64,000 bases of DNA, from positions 1 to 64,000 of the forward strand of contig NIVC01003603.1 in NCBI GenBank assembly GCA_002269645.1, given 5' to 3'. The translations under genes and the position numbers were made by a program. Each line of letters begins with the position of its first letter. Positions within the stretch are counted from its first letter, which is position 1. Below, piece after piece: positions 1 through 8,619 of the stretch. The DNA comes from Macrostomum lignano (lineage: Eukaryota). The notes beneath the pieces were generated by a model. It was not told where the DNA came from, did no database searches, and was given only the letters and a program-made list of their open reading frames with translations.

Positions 1-639
1 CTCCGCCTCTTGGATGGCGTCACGGGCCGCTTTCGGCTAACTGGGCTGGCAGGACGCTCAGACGGTAAGCTGGAGCATAGCTGAATTCGATTGATGGTAG
101 GCTTCGTGTCCATGTCAAGCTGGATAGTTCATAGAATGCTTCAGCGATTGAATGACAGAATGATTTCTCTGATTGATGATTTCCAGCTCTGGCAGGCGTG
201 GGTCTTCTATAGTGCGGGGCTGGCTTCTCATTGGTTGAGCACATTGGAGGCACACTGCTGCGGCCGGGGTCGCCGGTTGCTTGGGACCGCTCGCTCTAGT
301 CTCCGTGCGCTCTGATTGGCTGGTTCCTCCGCCGCTTCCTGTTTCCTCACCTGTGAGCAGGGGCAGACCCGAGACCACCTCCGTCCGCCGCGGCAGATCC
401 GTACTCCAGCCGACAGAGATCGCACTCCCACCTCACATGCACACATTCGATCAGGCACACAAATTAATTTTGGTAATATGAATAGAAGAGGGATTTGGGA
501 GATTAGACTCCGGAGGATAAATGATGATGCGGCCAACTCCTTCGATTTCTTCCTTCAACGCCACGCGCACGCAGTTCTCATCCATGCCTCGAGACCCTCA
601 TAAACTTAACAGCCGAAAGAATTCGAAAGAGGAATTAAT

Positions 640-1015
640 CATTAATTTGACTGCCACCAGTTTGATGTACTATTATAAAAGAGAAAGGGGAACCTACCAC
701 CATCTTGGCGCATTACTCAAAGAAAAGAAAAGGAGGATCAGCCACCATTTTGAGAGGTTGCTAGGGAAAACTGCCACCAATTGTACATTAACAGGGAAGA
801 GAAGAGGGAACCCGTCACCAATTAGAGTGGATTGGGGAAAACTGCCACCATTTGCCCTTCTACCAGAGGAGAGGAAGACGAAAAACTGCCATCACTTAGA
901 GGTGTATCATTAAAAGAAGGCGGGGAAGAAGGCTACCACTACTTGATCACCTAGAGCTCAAGGGAAGGAGAGGGAATGAAGAAAGGAAGAAACCCCAGGA
1001 AGGCCACTACCACAC
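640..1015. repeat. Degenerate tandem repeat of about 40-60 bp with a CTGCCACCA core and purine-rich spacers
   Basis: Exact CTGCCACCA at 651, 771 and 842; variants CTACCACCA (694), CAGCCACCA (739), CCGTCACCA (812), CTGCCATCA (886). Separated by AGGGAAGA-type tracts. Confidence 0.65.
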
Positions 1016-1243
1016 GCCATAAAGTTAAATCCCCATCTATCTACATCCTAATACCCGCTAGTTCCCTACTTCTATTTCATCCCTTAAATCTCATTTTCAG
1101 GATTCCGGCCGCTAGTAGCCAGCCCATCCTTGAAGAGGAGTCCGACTACGAAGCGCCCGAAGACAGCCATTCAGAGCCGGACGCCCCTCTGATTCTGGGC
1201 CGGCTGCGCCATCTGGTGACATAGGCGCCGCGGCTCCCGGGCC

Positions 1244-1504
1244 ATGCGACCGCCGGCCGCCAGCGAACCAGCGTCCGGGGCCGGTTGGCATCCGGTACCA
1301 CCGCCGTTGTCAGCCCGAGCGCACGCTCCGCCGCCGGTCGCCGCGGTGACGCCCGTGGCTGCCGCTCCACAGCCCTTGCCAACCCCTGTGGTGGAGACCG
1401 ACGGCTCCTGGCATTTGGTCGTGCTGTCGACGGCCCTAATAGCCGGTCTCACAATGCACTGGCTACTGCTCTTGGAGCTATTTCTGCGGCTTCCCAACTG
1501 CTGA
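1244..1504 (+). CDS. Possible small Pro/Ala-rich protein with a C-terminal hydrophobic segment, antisense to gag-pro (uncertain)
   Basis: 86-aa ORF ending WHLVVLSTALIAGLTMHWLLLLELFLRLPNC in a GC-rich island (about 1100-1510) flanked by AT-richer DNA. A splice-acceptor-like CTCATTTTCAG ends at 1100. No recognisable family. Confidence 0.25.
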   Translation: MRPPAASEPASGAGWHPVPPPLSARAHAPPPVAAVTPVAAAPQPLPTPVVETDGSWHLVVLSTALIAGLTMHWLLLLELFLRLPNC

Positions 1505-2090
1505 TGCTGGTGGTTCTTAATGCTTACTTACTAATTCTGAACTATCTGTCCCCATAACTTGACTTTAATTACTTACCTGACTTTACATTGACTAAACCAC
1601 TGGCCTACTCTAAACTAATTGCTGCCCCATTTGCCTGATAAACTTAATTACATTGAATGCCCCCCCTATTGCCTCATCGAAACCAATTAAAAGTTTCCCA
1701 AAATCGGACTTTCACAAAGTGTGAACAAACACACGAAATCAGACCTAAAGGTGCTAATTTCCTACGGTCCCAGACTTCCATTGTTCCCAGAAAATCTTAA
1801 ACAGCGGGCAGGACCTCCTGTGGAGCAGACCCATAGAAATTTTACTAGTTTCCAAGTTAATATTTACTGATAGGGAATTAACGCATACTGTACGGGCCTA
1901 ATTTTCGAGCTAAAATCTTAGATATTTAAACAACACCAACGAGCACGAGGTCACAACATAAATTCGAGTAATAGAGGGCATACGTAAATACGCGAAAAGC
2001 GGTCTCCAACGGGGCAACACGAGCAAAATTTCGACACGCGAATCGGGGGGGGGGAATTAAGCAATCACTGGCTAGCTACCGATCTGTTAC

Positions 2091-2615
2091 TCAGCGGGGG
2101 TCGAATGGGAGACTCACACCTAGCAAGTAAACCTTTTCTGTTCGATAGTCTATGATAGCATGCGTACTGGCTAGAAAAGCACTACCCAGGAGGGAAACTG
2201 CTGCTGAATTGCCAACGACCAGAAAGAGGATTCTCACCTCTTCTAGCCCAATAACTGCTGTGAGGGTGGCCTGGCCTAGCATCTCTAATTCATTGCCCGT
2301 GTAGGACACGGCCTTCACACATGGGGGCTCCAGGGCCTCCACACTCTGTCCGGTAATTTTAGTAAAGTCTTTGACTGTTAGCAAAGACAGCGCACTGCCC
2401 CCATCTACCAGGAGGCGGGTGGGAACATTCTCAATTGGCAACTCTACAACAATATCTCTCCCGCGTTGTCCTCCAGCTGGTCTTGGCTGATAGAAATCGG
2501 GTACCTTCTCAAATCTAAACTTCTTGCTGGGCGGACGTGGCAGGTTAAGCTGGGCCCTAGAGAGGGAACGGGGCTGAGTTCGGGCCGGGCCATTCAGCCC
2601 TCCCACGGGTTTCCC
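2091..2615 (-). CDS. pro: Retropepsin-like aspartic protease, probably expressed by frameshift from gag; ends at a stop codon
   Basis: ORF 2091-2606 (frame open from about 2650) contains LLVDGGSALSLL (D-[TS]-G-type catalytic motif, here DGG) and LLGSAFL (ILGxDFL-type motif) at retropepsin spacing. It has no ATG near its start. Confidence 0.88.
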   Translation of the reverse strand, partial: GKPVGGLNGPARTQPRSLSRAQLNLPRPPSKKFRFEKVPDFYQPRPAGGQRGRDIVVELPIENVPTRLLVDGGSALSLLTVKDFTKITGQSVEALEPPCVKAVSYTGNELEMLGQATLTAVIGLEEVRILFLVVGNSAAVSLLGSAFLASTHAIIDYRTEKVYLLGVSLPFDPR

Positions 2616-4037
2616 GAACCCGGGGCTCTTCAGGCGTGGAAGGAGGAGGCATCAGAGCTTGCGCGCGCAGCTGGGCGAGCCTCTCCTGCCTCTCCCTGGT
2701 AGCCTCGTCTAACATATCTCTGCCCCACTCCTCTAAATCTTGCCTATGGCGATCAGGTGGCGCACGAAGCTGCAATTGCTGCTGCTGCACACCCGGCGCC
2801 GGCGGCGTGGGCGCCTCCTGAATTGCAAGCGGCGGGGGCTGGGGTTGGCGCCAGTTCCTACTGCTATTAGAGCCGCCCTGCCCCTGCCTCCAGTTCCTGT
2901 TGGGAGTGGCGGGCGAGGGGGCCTCATCTGCTGGGGCAGCTGGGCAACAGACTCTGCTGTCGCCTTCATAGTTTCATTGAGCTGCACCAGCTGGTTGCGC
3001 AGATCCTTTTGCGTTTGCTCTAGCGCGCCCAACCTCTCTTGCATCTCTGATAGGCCGTCACCGTCCTCCTCCGTCTCGTCAGCTTCCTGGTTCACCATCC
3101 TGACCCACTTGCGAGGGGGCCTGGGTGGCTGCTGAGGTTGCAGACGGACTTCGGTGCGGGACTCAGACCTGGGCGGGCCACTACTGTCCCATTTCCCGGC
3201 TAAGTCTGCGGCTTCTAACAGGGCTTGCTGCTGTTCTAACACCTGCTCAATTGTCTGCCAGCGACGGCTCAACAGATCTTGTCTGACCTGGCGGGGGAGC
3301 TTAGCGTGTTCCAAGTAGGTGTACACGATTTCTTGTTCTCTCTGCTCACCCTGAATCTGAGGAAACATGGCCGTTATCTGAGATCTTATCATAGCAGCAA
3401 AAGCACTATGTGATTGGCCGGGTTTCTGGCTCAGATTCTTCAGCTTATTTCTCTTAGCCAGATCAGTGTTGGCCTCGCCCAACTGCTCTCCTAATCTAGA
3501 TACGAACTGCTCAAAGGGCAATTGCCCGTCCAATCCTAAGGCTAAGTTCTGAAATTCACCTGGGAGGTGCGAGATGAGCACCTGCTTCCTAGCCTGATCT
3601 CCTACAGTTCTCTCCGCGTCCAGCTTGTAGATCATTCTCTCTACCCATTGCACAAAACAGTGTTCGCCGGGAGAGAACTTTTCTACGTAGATTTTCGGCC
3701 TCTGGGCGTCTTGGCCCATGTTTAGCTGGTTAAACGCATTGGCTATAGCGGCAACTAAGTCTCCTAGCTGCGGGACTGCCTGAGGAGGATTCTGGGCTGC
3801 GTCCGGGGGAGCAGCGGCGGCTGCTGCGCCACCCTGATTGGGAGCGGGAGCTGCTACTCCTTCATCTGGTTCCTCAACTACTACTGCTTCTGGAGGCTGA
3901 GGGACCTGGTTACCAGCGGCTGCGGCCATTGCGGCTGCGGGGGCGGCAACTGCTGGGGTGTCAGCGGCCGAGGGTGGTTGACCAGGGGCGTCTGCGCACA
4001 CAGCTTCTACGACCCTATCTCCACGCGCCCGTGACAT
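2557..4037 (-). CDS. gag: Retrotransposon Gag polyprotein, interrupted by an apparent 1-nt frameshift near 2880-2975
   Basis: 434-aa ORF 2733-4037 has an Ala/Pro-rich N-terminus, a capsid-like core (KFSPGEHCFVQWVERM...LKNLSQKPGQSHSAFAAMIR) and a coiled-coil segment. The -1 frame is open from about 2975 to 2557 and gives a more plausible C-terminus (NRNWRQGQGGSNSSRNWRQPQPPP...). It lies between the PBS and the protease. A second ATG near 3929 could be the start. Confidence 0.82.
2571..2615 (-). promoter_or_regulatory. Putative -1 programmed ribosomal frameshift signal
   Basis: Slippery heptamer GGGAAAC (minus 2615-2609) is followed about 8 nt later by GGGCTGA...TCAGCCC (7-bp stem; GGGC/GCCC pairing also allows a pseudoknot). 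A -1 slip from G GGA AAC enters the protease frame. Confidence 0.65.
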
Positions 4038-6385
4038 GTGAATGCCGGATAGCTGGGGGAGTACCCACTACCGGGAAGGAAAAGAAAAGAAAACCGGGCA
4101 ACTACAGGTAAAGACCGAAAAGTTGATCCGAAACACACAAACACACTCACACACACACAAACACAGACAAAACCCACACACTTGCGGCGTCGAAGAAAAC
4201 AAATTGAAAAACGGGTGGCTCCACATAATTCCATTTAGGCAGTCCTAACGGCTTCACTCGGCAAAGCACACTGACTCAAACTGCGGCTACCACTACCAGT
4301 TGTCTATGGCACATCCTGACAGGGAAAAATTGGCTATTCAGAGAGACTTGACCTTCATTTTGCGGCCATGCTAGGGAACCCAAATGCCGACCGTAAACGG
4401 ACTTACGGCACCTGTACAAATTCTCCCCTAGGGTTGCGCGCCGGACCCCATTTCCTTAAGAAAGCTACTACGAAGAAGCGTTGGCGCCTGGACCCAAAAA
4501 CCCAAGTGGCGGGAGCAATCCCCATGGAGGTCCTCCCACTTTACTGCCCTTGCACAGCCGGAAAACCGTCGGAGTCCAGTGGGGCTTCCACCTCAGGACT
4601 ACCAATCTTGTACACGCAGCTTCACAAAAGGCGGGAATCCAGCTCCCCTACGTCTAGCAGAATCCACAAAAACCAAGACCTCCCCTTCTGTTCAGAGCGA
4701 AGGCGCGCAGCGGGAGTCCAGACTAAACTGTCCCCGAAGTTTTCAGGTTAGGCGGATTACAAGCCTGAAACTCTCGCCCGCTTTCCTAGGATAAACAGAC
4801 CTAAGTGAGTATCTTCCTGAAATGCTTGCCCCTCCGATACTCCACCTTTGCTGCAGCTCGAAATAGCATACTTGGGACCTTTATCTGATGGCGGAGAAAG
4901 TCCTACAGTTGTCAGCCTCTCCACTTTACTGTACTTGAACGCCCGGTTCTACCAGGAGACAGCGGTACCTCCATCTAGGTTATTCCAAGTTGCCAGAGAC
5001 GTCAACCCGTCTTATTGACCTTGCGGGGCACTGGGGTGGCACTCTATGTACCGGGGCTTTACATTAGGGGACTGCATGCAACCCTGCGTCTAAGCGCTTA
5101 GTGGGCTGCAGTGGCCAGAGGGGAAAAGAGTTGCGCAATAGCGCCTTCCTGGGCCAGGCTGACAAGTCGGGCAGGAGCGCCGTTCTACCGGGTCGGGCTG
5201 ATTGGCACACCCACCTCCCCTATCAGACTGACAGCAGGGGGGAGGAATTACTAAAGGAGGAGAATGCAGCAGGAAACATTACGAGATCACTGGGGGCCAC
5301 CAGACTTCCAGTACACCATTCCAATACTCACTGAACTCCACTATCAATAGGATACTATGGGATCTACTATTTCCAGCCACTGCACCAGCCCAAATGCAAC
5401 CAAAGCAGTTACTACCGGGTCTGCAATACAGTGGGGAGAGTCAGCAGACACGTTGGGATCGAATCCCAGCCATGAAGGCACCAGGGGTTACCGCAGAATT
5501 CAGGTCCGGGCTGATCGCAGGTATTCCATAGGAGGTGACACTTTTTTTAGCCCGAGATTTTTGAGTCACACTGATACCCTACAGAGATACAATCACACCG
5601 CTATTCCCATTCCTGCGAGACTTTGGTATCCCCAATGTTTCCAAGGCCATGACTACTGCTTCCCTTACTATGCATATATAGCGAGTTCCCCATAGCCCTT
5701 GATAGCTGTTCATTCTAATGGACAAACAAAACACGCTCCGGTCTCTACGCATTTCTAGGATTAACTGAGCGATCAGGGAGAGCGACTGTTACACTCCCCG
5801 AGTAAAAGAAAGAGGTAGGACAAAGGAAAGAAATGCTTCGCTTCCAGCTTCCCTGTGCTTGCGTGATGAGGCTTCCGTACCTGGCTGGCTGTCCACCTCA
5901 ACACTCACACAGTTCTGCTGTAGGCTAGGCGAGAGAAAGAAAGGGAGGGGAAATAAAGCATATTACCATGAAATAGAAAGTGAGTCCGGAAAATTCACTT
6001 TCGCAGTTCTTCACACACTCCGTTACCAGGTAGCTATTCTGATTGTAATCAAATCCGCTCGTCTACCACTTCACACTTTCTAGCGCTGAAACTGATCGGC
6101 TAAATTAATTTTAAATTGAATCAGGGGCTTTTGGCGAATGAATGAATTTGGAAATTTCGAATGAATTGAACGAATTCGCAGCCCGAAAAATTTGAAAAGT
6201 TACATTAATATTTTTGGATTTTGTTGCCTCACGCCATGGGAGAAGAGAATGACGATTGGCGATTTTTACGATTGGTAGATTTAGACATGGCACTCTTTGC
6301 GCTTCGGCCACCATTCTGAGGGATGCCACAGGTGCGCTTGTCACATCTAAACCACCAGTCCGAAACTCAGCGCTGTTTGCACCAG

Positions 6386-6403
6386 ATCCCACCGCTGCCA
6401 CCA
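6386..6403 (-). other. Primer-binding site complementary to the 3' end of tRNA-Leu
   Basis: Plus strand ATCCCACCGCTGCCACCA equals the recalled 3' 18 nt (including CCA) of metazoan tRNA-Leu(AAG/UAG type). The minus strand reads TGGTGGCAGCGGTGGGAT, 3 nt after the LTR-terminal CA. Confidence 0.92.
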
Positions 6404-6406
6404 TTT

Positions 6407-8619
6407 TGATGTAACCGCCCTTGTCGCCTGTCCGCTCCGTAGAGAGACGAACGCATGACTAGAGGGGGCAATGACCGTAGGCTGCCTATGACCGGGCAAT
6501 GACCTGACGGACCTCCAGCACCAGACTGTCCCGCCCACATGATTAGTAGCTTTGGTAGCGCTTCGTGACCAGAGGGCCAAGGACCCACATGGACCCCACC
6601 TGTAGCCAAGGTGCAATAGTTGGTCACTCGGTCATGGTATGACCGAGTGGCTGCCACCACTCTATGTGACCTGGCGCACCTGGATCTTTCTACCAGACCT
6701 CTCGAGGCTAGAGCCCCGCCTGGATTGGTTACCAGGGGATTTAGGCTAACAGGGGAGACGCATGCAGCCGAGTACAGGGACTCTGCTTGGGGCATGATCG
6801 GGAACTCTGGGCTCAATCCTGGAGGATTTCTCAGCAGGGGATCCTTTGTGGCTGTGAGCGAGGCTGACTTGCGACTTTGATTACTAAGAGTAGTATGAGG
6901 CGAACATGTACTGTCTACAGTTTAGATTGCTCAGGGCGAAGGGACGCGTCAGCATGGGGTTGCAACCTTCCTACTGCCATTCTGTGCCAAGACTCGCTAA
7001 TCCCTCTACTGCACGCACACGCGGCCCCGCAGCACGCACTCACAGGCGGGCTTTGCACGGGGAGAGGCCATTAGCTTACCCAAACTTCCTTATGCTTTGC
7101 CACCCCGGGAGAAAGGCTTAGCAAGCCATGAGTGAAATGATGGTGAAAGATTGAATAATGATGAAGTTAGTTAATAGTTAATAATTAGGCCCTTAGGCAA
7201 ATAAGCAGGCAATTAGGCGGCTTCACTATTGAGTAAAATACAGCAAAAGATACGGTATCACAATTGGCTCAGCTCTCTAATCAGACAATGGAAAATAGGC
7301 AAACCCCGGATAAGCAAAGGCAATTAGAGCACAAATTAGTAACAGGAACTTACCGGCAGCTGCACAGAGAGAGAGAGAGGCGGAGTGACCGGTGGCGGCT
7401 GTAGGCTGCAGTCAGGCAGACGGTGAAGCGGCGATGCGCTGGAGCGACGAGGCGCTGATGTGATCAGGCGATGCTGATGATGCTGGGCGGTGTCAGACCG
7501 CTGGCCGATAGGCGAGCTCACTTGGGGAGCTAAGGATAACTTGGCGGTAACAGACCGCGGACCGGCAGGGATCGTCTTATAGACGAATGGGTCAGAACTC
7601 AATCTGACGCAAGTCCAAAGAAGGACGAGGAGAGGAAAAGTGATAAACTCAGTTGCGTATTCTCATGCCGAAATCGCTTCCTTTTATAGACCTCACAGCC
7701 GCCTCCTCAAGGTCGTTACCATGGCTCCCTCTCTCTGATTGGCTGCCGGCAGAATGACGTCAGAATGAGTCATGATGAGAAGCATGAGACCGGCATAGCA
7801 ACATGAGAAATCGGGAAATTGCGCAATCCGGAGGTGGGGTGGGGGATAATTGGCGCAGCGGGTGGTCGCGAAAGTGTTGCGCAAGCAAACATTGAGAACA
7901 ATAGGGCTGGGGTCGAGAACAAAGGAATTGGAAATCGGGGATAATTGGGGAAAACTGAGAACAATGGAAAAGTAAACATTGGAGAAAAGGTGATAATTAG
8001 GTGCGAAAACGAGAACAAAAGAAAGAGAAAATCGGAGAAAATGTGATAATTGGTGGGGTCGAGAGAACAAAAGAAGCAAAAACGAGAACAATAGAAGCGG
8101 AGGTGGGGTGGGTGTCACATGAGAAATTTGGGAAGGAGAACAATAGCGTGAGAAAAGGTTACGCAAGAGAGGGGGATGAGTCATCGATGAGTCACCGAGG
8201 GGGAGAAGGGGTCACACGACTTGCGTCACCGTTTGGGAGTTTGAGAGGGGATGGGGAGACGGTGAGCACACAAAGTACTGTAAGTAGACACAGGGAAAGA
8301 GGGGACAGCGCAGGAAAAGAGTGCAGAGGGAGACAAAAAAAAGGAGGAGGTAGAGAAAGTACAGGAAGAATAGGGCGGGAACAGAAGAGATAGGGTAGAG
8401 GGGGAGGTACAGAAAGGGGTAGGGGCTCCGGAAAGGCAGGTGTGGCGGCAGGAGAGACGGGACCAAGGCAGCAGGAGGGGTGCAGCAGAGCGGAAGTCTC
8501 CAGGCCCGGTCGGAGACCTGGCCGAGTCTCGACAGCTCTGTGCAGAGGGTGCACGGGATAGGAGGTTCTTTCGAAAAAGTTCCCATGCCCTATCCCGCGA
8601 CCAGAGCGTGGTTACATCA
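6407..8619 (-). repeat. 5' long terminal repeat (2213 bp)
   Basis: Perfect 10-bp terminal inverted repeat TGATGTAACC (6407-6416) / GGTTACATCA (8610-8619). The PBS is adjacent on one side and satellite starts at 8620 on the other. Contains Pol II promoter motifs. The partner LTR is not visible. Confidence 0.85.
7682..7762 (-). promoter_or_regulatory. LTR core promoter: CRE, CCAAT box and TATA box
   Basis: In minus-strand order: TGACGTCA (7755-7762), CCAAT (7738-7742), TATAAAA (7682-7688). This implies a start site near 7655 pointing toward the PBS and gag. Confidence 0.7.

Larger units (their letters stand above)
1..8619 (-). mobile_element. Ty3/Gypsy-type LTR retrotransposon, 5' portion (LTR-PBS-leader-gag-protease); no RT/RNaseH/integrase seen; continues left of the window
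   Basis: On the minus strand the order is TG...CA LTR (8619-6407), tRNA-Leu PBS 3 nt inside it, Gag-like ORF, GGGAAAC slippery site, retropepsin ORF. The second LTR is not in the window. Confidence 0.9.

Noticed and set aside
2733-2830. Arg-rich Gag C-terminus (RRRPRRRRR) suggesting a hepadnavirus-like core
   Set aside because: Most likely out-of-frame reading of a Pro/Ala-rich GC segment after the frameshift; the alternative frame is open and more protein-like.
5452-5470. tRNA T-arm-like hairpin GTTGGGATCGAATCCCAGC
   Set aside because: No acceptor stem, D-arm or anticodon arm at the right spacing.
7474-7480. CTGATGA hammerhead core in the LTR (retrozyme idea)
   Set aside because: No downstream GAAA box or flanking helices found.
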